The notes under the pieces are model-generated. The model was given only the letters and a program-made list of their open reading frames with translations. It was not told the origin of the DNA and did no database searches. Shown piece after piece: positions 18,937-30,405 of a DNA stretch of 64,000 nucleotides. Origin of the DNA: Methanobrevibacter sp. (GTDB lineage: Archaea; Methanobacteriota; Methanobacteria; Methanobacteriales; Methanobacteriaceae). Within the stretch, counting starts at the first letter, position 1, and every line of letters starts with the position of its first letter. The stretch covers positions 1,394 to 65,393 of the forward strand of contig JAITXE010000048.1 of NCBI GenBank assembly GCA_031284925.1. Reading direction: 5' to 3'. Both the position numbers and the translations under genes were made by a program.

Positions 18937-19383
18937 ATGTTTAAAAAATTCCTTGCAAAGATATTTAACCTTTCACAATATGAATTTGAAGAAGTTCATG
19001 TTCATGATGATGTTATTGAATCAATTTTAGAATACTGCAAAGAATCAGACCCTAATGAATTCATGGCACTTTTTGATGGCGAAATTACTAATAAAATTCT
19101 AACAATCACTGGTTTAATATTTTTACCTATAGAATCATCCAATGAAGGAGTTATAATCTTTTCTGGTATGTTACCACCCACAATAAAAAATTGGGGTTCT
19201 GTTCATAGCCATCCAGGACCAAATAATTCACCTTCCCATTCTGATCTTATTAGTTTTGCAAAAGCAGGAATATTTCACATGATAATATCACAGCCTTATG
19301 AAATAGAAAATATCATGACATACAATAGATATGGGGATACTATTAACTATAAAATTGTTAAACACTATTTAAATGAATATTAA
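18937..19383 (+). CDS. JAB1/MPN/Mov34 (JAMM) metalloprotease-family protein
   Basis: The JAMM motif is GSVHSHPGPNNSPSHSDL, with an upstream Glu in NEFMALFDG. ATG 18937 is preferred over the TTG at 18913. Confidence 0.8.
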   Translation: MFKKFLAKIFNLSQYEFEEVHVHDDVIESILEYCKESDPNEFMALFDGEITNKILTITGLIFLPIESSNEGVIIFSGMLPPTIKNWGSVHSHPGPNNSPSHSDLISFAKAGIFHMIISQPYEIENIMTYNRYGDTINYKIVKHYLNEY

Positions 19384-19496
19384 AAATCATATAATAAATA
19401 ATTTTTTAATAATTTGCTGTTTTCATAATCATTTACTAAAAAATTTATAATGAGAATTTCTCTCTTCACTAACCTCTACTTAGTCTTTTTTAGGCA

Positions 19497-19570
19497 TTTA
19501 TAAATTTTTAAGATGGAAAAATCACATATGTAGTTTACATTGCCAAAAAAGAGAAAGAAAAACTAAGCAA
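19497..19570 (+). promoter_or_regulatory. Promoter-like module with a TGTA-N3-TACA palindrome (copy X of 3)
   Basis: tttataaatttttaagatggaaaaatcacatATGTAgTTTACAttgccaaaa is about 85% identical to 62228-62283. The downstream gene here is decayed. Confidence 0.5.
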
Positions 19571-19614
19571 TGAATTAAATTATCTTTACTTTTTTATATA
19601 ATTTACAAATAAAT

Positions 19615-19895
19615 GACTCAATAAAAAAGAAGTTACAGAACAATTTTTAAATAATTTGCCCATAGTTGTTGCTCATAATTTTACTGGTTGTAAATCTAAA
19701 CTTGAAAAAGTTCATTATAGGAAAAAAAAGTATCCTAAAATCCTAAATAAACTTAGAACAGCTAAACTCCCTAAAATTTAAACATACATACTCCTGATGA
19801 TTATATTAATTGGATGCTCGTGATTTAGATATTAAAAATTTAGTTTCTAAATTCATAACTGGAGACTTTAAACTATTGAAATTTAAAAAAACCAT
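19615..19895 (+). repeat. Copy B of the dispersed repeat / gene relic seen at about 7200-7490, more decayed
   Basis: ...TGCKSKLEKVHYRKKKYPKILNKLRTAKLPKI* followed by frame breaks. The DNA aligns with 7200-7490 at roughly 80% identity. Confidence 0.6.
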
Positions 19896-19949
19896 ACTAA
19901 AATACACTAAAATTCAAGATATGATCAGTATAACTAAACTAAATCCATA

Positions 19950-21133
19950 ATACTTTGGGCAGTATTTTTCGCTGCTGTAATTTCATTTATGGGGAATTGG
20001 CTTAGTAGATCCTATTTTACCTGTTATTTATTAAGAAAACTTTACTTTCTGGGGTTGTTATAATTGCAATTTTCTCAGTTTTATGTGGATGTTCAGATAA
20101 TGTTTGGACAATAATCTTCTTAAGGATGGGTTGGGGACTTAGAAATGCTTTATTTGTAGCGGTAGCATTAACACCTATTTTAAACTTTTCTGGAAATGAC
20201 ACTCATGGTTCAATAATACTTTATGAAACAGCTGTTGGTTTAAGATTTTCAATGGGTCCTTTAATTGAGGGAATATTCTGGAAGTATCCATTTTATGGTG
20301 TAGGATTATTGATGTTATTAGGGTTTATGCTTTTACTTGTACTTCTACCTAAATAAAGTGTAATTGAAAAACAAATAAAAGCTAATGAAGAATTTAAAAG
20401 AGAAAATAAATCTATTTTAAATCCATTTTGTTTTAACTTCGGATTTTTCACATTATTTGCATATTCTCCATTTATGCTTGGTTTAAATGCAGAAGATATA
20501 GGTTTAGTATTTTTAGGATGGGGGATACTTGTAGCATTATCCTCAATTTCATGGTACTATTAATCAGAGAAAAATTTGGAACATTTAAATCAATTTAATT
20601 TTTTTTATCCTTACTTGTTGCTATTTTATTTATCATGGGAATTTTTACTAAGAGCATAGAAACACTTGTAGTTAGTATTATCCTCTCAGGTATTTTAATA
20701 GGAAACATCAACACTTCATTTACAACTGCAATGATGAAAATAGGGGATAAAGACAAATCAACAACATCAGCAACATATAATTTCATCTGTTTTATAGGTT
20801 CAGCAATAGCCCCACTTTTTGCAACATACATTAGAGAAAATATAGCACCAAATGTTCCATTCATTAAGGGGGATTATTTGTACTTGTAGCCATTATATTT
20901 TTATACTTAAATAGAAATTATCTGCCTGAAGTTGATGAAGTAGCAGATAAATTTGAAGAGAATATTTTTAAAGTAAAAGATTTCATGGTTAAGAGTGTTA
21001 TAAAAACAGATCCAAAAACTAAAATAACAACAATCTTAAATATTTTAGATAAAAATAAAATCAGTGGTCTTCCTGTTGTTGGGGAAAATAATAAATTAAT
21101 GAAAAGCATTAAGAATAATTCAATCAACTTTTA
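19950..21133 (+). pseudogene. MFS-type transporter with a C-terminal CBS domain, heavily frameshifted
   Basis: Hydrophobic pieces lie in all three frames (track ORFs 20126-20356 and 20635-20889, plus unlisted pieces). An intact-looking CBS tail reads NYLPEVDEVADKFEENIFKVKDFMVKSVIKTDPKTKITTILNILDKNKISGLPVVGENNKLM. Confidence 0.6.
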
Positions 21134-21139
21134 ATAAGG

Positions 21140-21815
21140 ATTCAGAAAATGAAATTATCATAAAAAATTTACTATTATCATTGATAAATTTAAATGGGTT
21201 AAAAAGTGGATTTAAATTTATTGATAACTTTCCAAAAGAAAATCCAAAATGGTCATATACTTTTTTTATTAAAGTCGCATTTTTATCAAATAACGGAAAG
21301 TTTAAAGAGTGTTTAGATGCTTGAAATGAAGTTTTAGCTAATGATCCTCACCAGTTAGATGCACTTTCTAAGAAAGTTTCTGTTTTAAATAGTCTAGGAA
21401 GAGAGAATGAGGCACTTGAAGTAATAGAGTATGGAATTGAAAATAATCTTCGACCTAAATAGGCTATGGTTGATAAAGCTCTTTAGTAATTGATAAAGAT
21501 AAAAAATTGGAAGCTATAGATATTTTAGATGAAGTTCTTGAAATAGATTCTAATTTTGGATATGCATTATCTAATAAAGCCATTATTCTTAGTGCTAATG
21601 GAGACCCAGACTTAAGATTAAAATACATAATAAAACTTTAAAAAATTCAAATCATAGAACACATGATGAGTTTTTGATTAATAAAGCACAAATATTAGAT
21701 AATAAGGGAGATTTAAAGAAATCCATAGATATTTTACTTAGCATCAATGAAAATAGCCATTACTTGGAAACTGCACAAACACTTCTTAAAGATTATCCAA
21801 AAGAAAATGAATGAA
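21140..21815 (+). pseudogene. TPR-repeat protein relic with multiple stops and frameshifts
   Basis: Contains ...FKECLDA[TGA]NEVLANDPHQLDALSKKVSVLNSLGRENEALEVIEYGIENN... (TGA at 21322-21324), ...LDEVLEIDSNFGYALSNKAIILSANGDP... and ...AQILDNKGDLKKSIDILLSINENSHYLETAQTLLKDYPKEN. The pieces are in different frames. Confidence 0.6.
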
Positions 21816-21851
21816 CCTTTCAAAAATTTAACAATATTAATTACCAATTAA

Positions 21852-22421
21852 TTATAGTCCTGAATCGTTTCTATTATTAAATTCTTTTTTTAATATATCC
21901 ATATACACTTCATCATAAACTTTATTATTTATAGGATAAGCTTCTCTTCGACGACCAATTATTTTAAATCCAAAACTTTTATACACAGATAATGCTTTCT
22001 CATTAAATTCAATAGCATATAACATAACATTATTTAAATTTAAAATATTAAAAGCAAACTCAAGAAGTAAATTAGTGGATTCTTTACCATATCCCTGTGA
22101 TTGAAAAGATTTATCTAATAAAAGACCTAAAGTAGCTTTCCCATGAACATAATCTATATCATACAATAATCCAATCCCAATAGCTTGCTCATTTTCAGGA
22201 TTTTCTCCTTTACACACTATAACAAAGAAAAATTTATCATCATTATTATCATAATCTTCAATATATTTAGCTTGTTGTTGTTCATTAAAAACAATATGAC
22301 TTCTTCCATATGTTAAATTAATTTCAGCATCATTTAACCAACCATTATATAACCTTAAATCTTCTTTCTGACTTAAACTTAAGAATATTCTATCCCCATC
22401 TAATTTATTAATATATTTCAT
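21852..22421 (-). CDS. GNAT-family N-acetyltransferase (RimJ/RimL-like)
   Basis: 189 aa. The acetyl-CoA binding region is QSQGYGKESTNLLLEFAF. Also contains NEKALSVYKSFGFKIIG. Confidence 0.8.
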   Translation of the reverse strand: MKYINKLDGDRIFLSLSQKEDLRLYNGWLNDAEINLTYGRSHIVFNEQQQAKYIEDYDNNDDKFFFVIVCKGENPENEQAIGIGLLYDIDYVHGKATLGLLLDKSFQSQGYGKESTNLLLEFAFNILNLNNVMLYAIEFNEKALSVYKSFGFKIIGRRREAYPINNKVYDEVYMDILKKEFNNRNDSGL

Positions 22422-23039
22422 GATTAAACCTCTATTTTAGCAATATATTTAAATAATAACAAATCAGGACGGTATGTTATACTTTACTTGTCTTAAACTT
22501 TTAATTTTAAGATCTTCTTCACGATTATTAAATTTATAATTTAACCATTCTTTTTCATAAAATTCCTGATTAATACAATTATAAATTCCTTTAGAGTTAG
22601 CATCAACTCTTTCAGAATATATAAGAATATTGTATTTAGTTAATTCTTCTTATTCCCTTTTAAATAAGGATTAATGAAAGTTTGATGAGCTTTATTAAGA
22701 ATTAAAAATATAGCAATTAAAAAACACTCTATTTTTGTTAATATTTTGCATTTTAAAACTCTAAATTTATATTTACTTTATTCTCATATTTAGATATTTC
22801 AAATATTATTTCAGTAAAATTTTAGACAGTTCCCACTTAAAGTTGAAAACATAAACTGATTTTCAAAGGAAAAAGCTTTTCTTTAATCCCATAAATTAAA
22901 AATTTTCATGAATCTTTAAGAAAATATTGGGAACTTTTCCAATTACTTATCATATAAACATTTTTTAATATATATGTATTTAAATGTTATGATTTTTAAG
23001 AATAGGTAATAATACAACCATTCTAAATTTATAGGACAT

Positions 23040-23531
23040 TTTATCCTTTGATGGAAAGGTTAATATTAAAGGAATAGTCAATGATAATTATAATAAATTA
23101 AAAATATGATGGAAGAATCAGATATTATGATTTGTTCTGGTGGAACATCATTTGTTGTTGGAGATATACTAAAAAAGTCAGGTGAATTAGGAGAAATTAT
23201 AATTCATAGTATTTACCAGAAACTCCCAATTATTTGGTAGGATTAAAGATAAATTTATAATGGGGCTTCCATGAAATTTAGTATTTGCAATGCTTATTTA
23301 TTATATTTTAATAGATTTAAATATCAAGGCAATGACTGGATTATCTGGAAAAATACCTTTAAAAGAATATACTATAAATTAGCAAAAAGAATTCATCCTG
23401 CAAACATAGAATATTTTTTAGTTGGAATTAAAAATAATGAAGTTTATCCTATAATAAAAGATTCAGGAGCAATAGCATCTTTATCATTTTCAGATGAAAA
23501 TCTCCAAAATTGTTTAGATTATAAATGTTGA
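23040..23531 (+). pseudogene. MoeA (molybdopterin molybdenumtransferase) C-terminal relic
   Basis: EESDIMICSGGTSFVVGDILKKSGELGEIIIHS, then a shift to ...FGRIKDKFIMGLP[TGA]NLVFAML (the canonical sequence is GLPGNPVSA), then ...VYPIIKDSGAIASLSFSDE. The N-terminal two-thirds of the gene is absent. Confidence 0.6.
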
Positions 23532-23693
23532 ATAAATTGTAGAAGTTAATTCTATTTTAAGATTTATTATATATAAAAGAAGAAAGTAAATGAGTTTTTT
23601 CAAATTGAAAATTTATAGATAATTTTTGAAATTGAAAAAATCCACTATTTTTTACAGAGATTTAAAAAAAAGAAAAATTTGGAAAGGAGAATA

Positions 23694-23909
23694 TTATTCT
23701 ACCAATTCTGCAAATGCTAAATTTCTTTTAGTTTCAGTGATTTTTATTTTAACTTCTTGACCTTTTTTAGTATTAGGAACAAAAATTATAAATCCTTCAA
23801 TTTTAGCTATTCCATCTCCAGATCTTCCCATATCTTCTATTTTAACATCATGTTCTTCTCCAACATTAACAGGAGCACTATTATAATTTCTATCATTATT
23901 TTCAAACAT
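23694..23909 (-). CDS. Small stand-alone TRAM-domain protein
   Basis: 71 aa. VNVGEEHDVKIEDMGRSGDGIAKIEGFIIFVPNTKKGQEVKIKITETKRNLAFAELV is a typical archaeal single-TRAM protein. Confidence 0.8.
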   Translation of the reverse strand: MFENNDRNYNSAPVNVGEEHDVKIEDMGRSGDGIAKIEGFIIFVPNTKKGQEVKIKITETKRNLAFAELVE

Positions 23910-24237
23910 TGTGAAATCACTTCCATTTTTATATGAATTTATTTATTTAGCAAAAATTAGTTAATAAAAAAGATTTTTAGAAATAATTTCTTCAAGAATA
24001 ATCAATAAAAAAACACTAAAAAATTTAATAATTAAATAGTATAATTAAATAATATTTATCTTTTTAAGAAAAAATAATAAATCATAAAATATTGTTCTAA
24101 CAATTACAATTACTTATTTTATTTTTCAAACTATATATAATAAACCTTTTTTGACTGTAAATTTATAATAGTTTTTTCCTAAAAATTTGTAAATTCATTT
24201 GAAAATAGCCACAAAAAATAATTCTTCATTAATTCAT

Positions 24238-25665
24238 TTACCTTTTTAGATTTATTTTATCTAAGGGTATTAATTTAGTTTTATGATAAATTTTATAGGA
24301 TATAAACAAAATAAAGAAGATTATTAATGGGAAGAATAGATAAAAAGAACTAATCCAATCAGTAAAGAAAGTTGAAATTAAGTTATATCCTAACATTAAA
24401 ATTGTTCCAAAAATAACTACAATTGGGCCTAATGGGAATAATTTAGATTTAAATTTTAATTTACTTAAGTTGAAACCTTGTTTTATGTATCCTTGTCTAA
24501 AACGATAATGAGCTATTCCTAAACAAGTCCATATGATCAATGTTGAAATACCAACACCATTAATTAGAATTAAATAAGCATTAAAACCTATTAATGTGAT
24601 TAATATACATACAGGTACAGTAAGTATTGTAATTATCATTGAAAAGTAAGGTATTCCATTTTTATTTGCGATTGTGAATTTTTTTGGTGCGAATTTTTCT
24701 TTTCCTAATGAATATAATACTCTCGTGGAAGCATAAAATTCTGAATTACAAGCAGAAATAACTGCAGTTAATATAATGAAGTTAATAAGTGAATCAACAG
24801 AGGTTATATTTGCATATTGAAATATTAATGCAAATGGTGAAACAGCTAAGTTTGTTTCACTACTTAGTAAATATGGTGATGTGTAAGGTATTATTGCTCC
24901 TATTACAAAGATTGTTCCAATGTAAAATATTAATATTCTTAATAAAATAGTGCTTATTGCTTTAGGTATGGATTTAGAAGGGGTATCTGCTTCTCCTGCT
25001 GTTAATCCAATTAATTCGACTCCAGCAAAAGATAATGCTCCTAGTATAAGAACTGAAAAAAAGGAATTAATATTTCCAATAAATGGACCTCCCCCGTAAA
25101 AAAAGTTTGTTAATCCTATGGGGTTTCTGCCTATTACTCCTAAAATAATTAATACTCCAAGTATTATGAAAATTATTATTGCAAGGACTTTAATAATAGA
25201 CATCCAGAATTCAGTTTCTCCAAATGTTTTTGTCCCTAAAAAATTTAAAAAAAGGATTATTAAGAATAATACTGTGCTAAAAATCCAAATAGGAATGTTT
25301 GGAAACCAAAAACTCATTAAAATTCCTAATGTAATTACATCCATGATTATTGAAGCTATCACCATATAATAATATATCCATCCAATTGAAAAACCTAATG
25401 CTGGATCAACGTATTCTTTTACAAATGTTATGACTGAACCTGTTACAGGATGATAAGTTGACATTTCTCCTAATCCATTCATTAAGAAGTAAATTAAGAA
25501 TCCAACTAAAAGATATGATAGTAAAGCTCCGCCAGGTCCAGCTACTGAAATCATCCCTCCTGATGCTAAAAATAAACCCGTTCCTATGGAACTACCCAGC
25601 GCTAGCATTGTTAAATGTCTTGTTTTTAATCCTCTCTTTAAAGAATCTTTATTTTCACTATCCAT
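24238..25665 (-). CDS. Amino-acid permease (APC superfamily, AroP/LysP-like)
   Basis: 475 aa with about 12 TM segments. The N-terminal signature is LKRGLKTRHLTMLALGSSIGTGLFLASG. Confidence 0.85.
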   Translation of the reverse strand: MDSENKDSLKRGLKTRHLTMLALGSSIGTGLFLASGGMISVAGPGGALLSYLLVGFLIYFLMNGLGEMSTYHPVTGSVITFVKEYVDPALGFSIGWIYYYMVIASIIMDVITLGILMSFWFPNIPIWIFSTVLFLIILFLNFLGTKTFGETEFWMSIIKVLAIIIFIILGVLIILGVIGRNPIGLTNFFYGGGPFIGNINSFFSVLILGALSFAGVELIGLTAGEADTPSKSIPKAISTILLRILIFYIGTIFVIGAIIPYTSPYLLSSETNLAVSPFALIFQYANITSVDSLINFIILTAVISACNSEFYASTRVLYSLGKEKFAPKKFTIANKNGIPYFSMIITILTVPVCILITLIGFNAYLILINGVGISTLIIWTCLGIAHYRFRQGYIKQGFNLSKLKFKSKLFPLGPIVVIFGTILMLGYNLISTFFTDWISSFYLFFPLIIFFILFISYKIYHKTKLIPLDKINLKR

Positions 25666-25909
25666 AAGAAACCATTTTAATTTTGAGTTTTTTTAAATTA
25701 TTTATTATAACTGTTTCCATTAATTATTTATTATAAAATTATACTCCAAAAGATATATTATATATATACTATAATATTTAGCTTATTAATTAAAATTATT
25801 TATCATTTAAATATGAAATTAATCCATAATATAATACTAAAATTATAAAAATTATTCATATTATAACTAAAAATAAAATTTAATTAATTAAGAAATTCAA
25901 GTGCTTAAT

Positions 25910-27394
25910 ATGTTAGAAATATACAATACTATGAACAGGGAAAAAGAGAAATTTGTCAGTCAAAATGATGATAGAGTTAATCTTTTTGTTTGTGGACCAA
26001 CAGTTTATGATGATGCACATATTGGGCATGGACGTACTTATATCTCTTTTGATATGATAAAGAGATATTTGGAATTTATAGGGTACTCTGTTTTTTATTT
26101 GGAAAATATAACTGATGTGGATGATAAAATAGTTGTAAAAGCCAGAGAGATGGGGTTAAATTTTGAAACATTAGCAAGATTCTATGAAAATAGATTCAAG
26201 GAAGATATGTATACATTAAATGTTGATTCTGTTAATTTTTATCCTCGTGCAACAAGTCATTTAAAAGAGATTTATAAGCAGATTGATATCTTGCTTGAGA
26301 AAGGTTTTGCTTATGAAACAGATTATGGGATTTACTTTGAAACGGCAAAGTTTCCAGATTATGGGAAGCTTTCTAACCAGAGATTAGATAAATTAGAAAC
26401 CCATAGAGAAATAGCTAAAAGCAATAAAAAAAGCCCATATGATTTTGCTTTATGGAAAAAAACCAATGAAAAACCATATTTCACATCAAAATGGGGAAAT
26501 GGAAGACCAGGTTGGCATATTGAAGATACAGCTATTACAGCAGAATATTTTGGTTCTCAATATGATATTCATGGAGGAGGATTAGACTTAATTTTCCCCC
26601 ATCATGAATCAGAAATTGCTCAAATGGAATCTATCTCTTCTTTAGAACCTATGGTCAAATATTGGTTACATACAGGATTTCTTAATGTGGAGGGAGAAAA
26701 GATGTCTAAATCATTAGGCAATTTTATTACAATAAGAGAAATTCTAAAAGACTGGGATCCTATGGTATTTCGCTTATTTATTCTTTCAACACATTACAGA
26801 AATCCAATTGACTTCTCCTTTAAGGCATTAAATCAGGCATCAAAAAATATGGATAGATTAAAAAAAACCGTAAATAATTTAATTGAGTTTCAAGAAATTC
26901 TTGATAAAAGTTATCCAAAGAGGGATGAATTTAAAACTCTCCAATCAAAACCTTTAAAAGATGAATTAATAAAATATGATGATTTGAATCATGATATTCT
27001 AGTAAGGTTAAATGATGTAAAAAAAGAATTCTTTAAACATATGGATGATGATTTTAATACTCCTCGAAGTTTAGCAGCTGTTTTAAATTTTACTAAGAAT
27101 ATTAACAGCTTTATCAATGAAAATATTTCTAAAATTGATATAGATGAAAATCAACTAAAGATAGCTCAGGAATTTATTTACCTATCTTTAAGATTTTTAA
27201 TGGATTTTGATGAAATATTTAACTTAAATCTTTTTAAACAAGAAAAAAGTCTTGAAAATCAAGAGTTAGCTGATAACCTTTTAGATATTATTTTAAAAAC
27301 TCGAGATAAAATAAGAGATGAAAAAAATTATCAGTTATCTGATTATATTCGTGAACAAATAAATGAATTGGGTATAAATATAGAAGATAGATAA
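25910..27394 (+). CDS. cysS: Cysteine--tRNA ligase
   Basis: The HIGH motif is AHIGHGRT and the KMSKS motif is present. Also contains WHIEDTA. ATG 25910 (MLEIYNTMNREKEKF) is preferred over GTG 25901. Confidence 0.9.
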   Translation: MLEIYNTMNREKEKFVSQNDDRVNLFVCGPTVYDDAHIGHGRTYISFDMIKRYLEFIGYSVFYLENITDVDDKIVVKAREMGLNFETLARFYENRFKEDMYTLNVDSVNFYPRATSHLKEIYKQIDILLEKGFAYETDYGIYFETAKFPDYGKLSNQRLDKLETHREIAKSNKKSPYDFALWKKTNEKPYFTSKWGNGRPGWHIEDTAITAEYFGSQYDIHGGGLDLIFPHHESEIAQMESISSLEPMVKYWLHTGFLNVEGEKMSKSLGNFITIREILKDWDPMVFRLFILSTHYRNPIDFSFKALNQASKNMDRLKKTVNNLIEFQEILDKSYPKRDEFKTLQSKPLKDELIKYDDLNHDILVRLNDVKKEFFKHMDDDFNTPRSLAAVLNFTKNINSFINENISKIDIDENQLKIAQEFIYLSLRFLMDFDEIFNLNLFKQEKSLENQELADNLLDIILKTRDKIRDEKNYQLSDYIREQINELGINIEDR

Positions 27395-27571
27395 GTATAT
27401 AGAAATTAATATATTATTAGTAAATTATTTATTGATATATTTATTGATATAATTTAGTAAGCAAATTCATTACTGATTTAATATTTAATTTAATGAAAAA
27501 TTTATTATATTTTTATTAAAGTTCTATTTTTTATTATATCATAGTTTAAAACCAATTTTTAAATAATGCAT

Positions 27572-27747
27572 AATTTTTATAAATGTATCTTATTTTCTTG
27601 TTTAATAGCATTTATACTTATTATTTTAAATATTAATAAGTTTCATACTATTATTTTATAAAATAATAAAAATATAGTAATATTTTTTAAAAATATTAAT
27701 TTTAGTAAAATTTAAAATATTTATAAATTGCAAAAAAATAGGTTTTA
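27572..27747 (+). repeat. Copy 1 of an inverted-repeat pair (two blocks, 27572-27599 and 27694-27747, separated by about 94 nt)
   Basis: Block 27694-27747 (tattaattttagtaaaatttaaaatatttataaattgcaaaaaaataggtttta) is the exact reverse complement of 59127-59180. Block 27572-27599 is the reverse complement of 59184-59211. It ends 112 nt upstream of the ATG at 27859. Confidence 0.85.
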
Positions 27748-27858
27748 AACTATAAAAAAAAAATATTAAAATTATAATATTAATCATTCATGATTTGTAA
27801 AATATTTAAGTATTATATTTGTGAATTGTATTTAAATGATTATTAAGGAGAAAAATTA

Positions 27859-30381
27859 ATGGGTGATTTTAAAGAAGTTTATAGTAAATATAAAACTAGA
27901 AAAAATGGATTAACTGATTTAGAAGCATCTCAAAGGCTTGAAATTAATGGTAAAAATGAATTGTTAGAGGATAAAAAGGATGGTCCTTTAAAGATTTTTT
28001 TAATGCAATTTTTGGATTTACTTATTATTCTTCTTATAATAGCTGCTATTATATCTTATATCATTGGAGATATTGTTGATTCTGTTGTTATTATAATTGT
28101 TGTTCTTTTAAATGGAATAATTGGGTTTATACAGGAATACAGAGCTGGAAAAGCAATAGAAAAATTAAAATCTCTTGTAACAACTGATGCTGTTGTTAAA
28201 AGGAATGGTGAAGTTCAAAAAATTTCTGGGGTGGAACTTACAATTGGAGATATTGTAATTGTTGAAGAAGGAGATAAAGTTCCAGCTGATCTGATTTTAA
28301 TTGATGTTATAGATTTAAAAATAGATGAATCTTCTTTAACCGGTGAATCTTTTCCTGTAACTAAAAGTAATGTTAGTGTATTAGATATTGATAAAGATTC
28401 TCATGATGATAATATGAGAAAATCAATAGCTTATATGGATTCTAATGTTATATCTGGTCATGGAACTGGAATTGTAATGGATATTGGGATGAACACATCA
28501 ATTGGAAAAATTGCTCAAATAATTGGAGAAAAAGATGAAGATACTCCACTTCAAAAGAAAATAAGTTCTTTAAGTAAAACTCTTGGTTTAATAGCTATTG
28601 TAGTTTGTAGTATTGTTTTTGCTTCCCAATATTTAAAAGGAAGTCCTATTGTTGAAACATTCATGACTGCTGTTTCTCTTGCTGTTGCAGCTATTCCTGA
28701 AGGGCTTCCAGCTGTTTTAACCTTAACTTTAGCATTAGGTATTCAACAAATGGCTAAATCAAAAGCAATTGTAAAAAAACTATTGTCTGTTGAAACACTT
28801 GGATCATGTACTGTTATTTGTACAGATAAAACAGGGACTTTAACTTTAAATAAAATGAAAGTTAGAGATGCAAGAGTTAGTAACAACCTTAAATCTTATG
28901 AAATAGCTACATTATGTAATAATGCGAGTATTAAAGATGGAGAAGGTATAGGTGATCCAACTGATGTTGCTGTTATGTTATATGGGGAAGATAATGGTTA
29001 TAAAAAGTTAGAACTTGAAAAAACACACCCCATTATAAAAGAATATGCATTAGACAGTATTAGAAAAAGAATGACAACAATTCATGAAAATGATGGTAAA
29101 ATAGCTATTTTTAGCAAGGGTGCACCTGAGATTATCCTAGAAAAATCTAAATATATTGATAAAAATGGAAACATTGAAATTTTAAGTAAGGAAGATAGGA
29201 AAAAAGCTATTGAAGATATAGATATGACAGAATCAGCTCTTAGAGTATTAGCTCTTGCATATAAACAGGTAGATAATGACTTCCAAATAGATAATCAAGA
29301 CTTAGTTGAAGCTGATTTAATATTTGTTGGGTTGTTAGGTATGATGAATCCTCCAGCTGAAGAAGTTAAAGACGCGATTGCATCATGCAAGGCTGCTGGA
29401 ATAAAAGTTGTAATGATTACAGGTGATCATCAATCTACAGCTGCATCTATTGCACGAGAAATTGGAATATTAAGTGATGGGAAAGTTTTAAATGGAAATG
29501 ATATGGATAAACTTTCCGATGAAGAATTTAATGAAATTGCTGGAGATGTTGAGGTTTATGCTAGGGTTTTTCCACAGCAAAAAGTTAAAATAGTGGAAGG
29601 ATTACAAAATCATGGACATATTGTTTCAATGACAGGTGATGGTGTTAATGATGCTCCAGCACTTAAAAAAGCATCTATTGGTGTAGGAATGGGTAATGGA
29701 ACAGATGTTGCTAAAGAATCAGCAGATATAATAATTCAAGATAATAATTTTACAACAATAATTAAAGCTATTAAAGAAGGAAGGAAAATATTTGATAATA
29801 TTAAAAGATTTGTAAAATTTCAAGTCTCCACAAATATTGGGGCTATTTTAACAATAGTATCCGCATCAATTTTAAATCTTCCCATCCCATTTAATCCTGC
29901 TCAAATTCTATGGATTAATATACTAATGGATGGACCACCAGCTCAATCATTAGGAATTGAAGGTGCTGAAAAAGATATTATGGATAGAAAACCAAGGAAA
30001 GGAGATATCTTATCAAAAAATACATTAATTAAGGTGATTATTTCTGGGATTGTAATGGCAATAGGTACATTAGCCTTATTTATTTATGAAGATCCAATCC
30101 ACAATAAAGAAATAGCTATGACTGTTGCATTTACTACTTTTGTAGTATACCAAATATTCAATGCTTTTAATAATAGATCAAATTCAGATGAAAAGAATAA
30201 GTTTTTTTGGATATCTATCTCATTATCATTTTTATTACAGCTATTAGTAATTTACTTACCATTTTTACAAAATGTATTTAAAACAACAAGCATAGGATAT
30301 TTTGAATGGATATTAATTGTTATAATATCAACAACTATTTTAATATCTGAAAAAATTCTTAATATTTTTATTAAAGAGTGA
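27859..30381 (+). CDS. P-type ATPase, P2-type (Ca2+/cation-transporting)
   Basis: 840 aa. Contains TGES, AIPEGLPAV, ICTDKTGTLT and MTGDGVNDAPALKKA. Confidence 0.9.
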   Translation: MGDFKEVYSKYKTRKNGLTDLEASQRLEINGKNELLEDKKDGPLKIFLMQFLDLLIILLIIAAIISYIIGDIVDSVVIIIVVLLNGIIGFIQEYRAGKAIEKLKSLVTTDAVVKRNGEVQKISGVELTIGDIVIVEEGDKVPADLILIDVIDLKIDESSLTGESFPVTKSNVSVLDIDKDSHDDNMRKSIAYMDSNVISGHGTGIVMDIGMNTSIGKIAQIIGEKDEDTPLQKKISSLSKTLGLIAIVVCSIVFASQYLKGSPIVETFMTAVSLAVAAIPEGLPAVLTLTLALGIQQMAKSKAIVKKLLSVETLGSCTVICTDKTGTLTLNKMKVRDARVSNNLKSYEIATLCNNASIKDGEGIGDPTDVAVMLYGEDNGYKKLELEKTHPIIKEYALDSIRKRMTTIHENDGKIAIFSKGAPEIILEKSKYIDKNGNIEILSKEDRKKAIEDIDMTESALRVLALAYKQVDNDFQIDNQDLVEADLIFVGLLGMMNPPAEEVKDAIASCKAAGIKVVMITGDHQSTAASIAREIGILSDGKVLNGNDMDKLSDEEFNEIAGDVEVYARVFPQQKVKIVEGLQNHGHIVSMTGDGVNDAPALKKASIGVGMGNGTDVAKESADIIIQDNNFTTIIKAIKEGRKIFDNIKRFVKFQVSTNIGAILTIVSASILNLPIPFNPAQILWINILMDGPPAQSLGIEGAEKDIMDRKPRKGDILSKNTLIKVIISGIVMAIGTLALFIYEDPIHNKEIAMTVAFTTFVVYQIFNAFNNRSNSDEKNKFFWISISLSFLLQLLVIYLPFLQNVFKTTSIGYFEWILIVIISTTILISEKILNIFIKE

Positions 30382-30405
30382 ATTTTACTAAAATTTAAAT
30401 TAATA

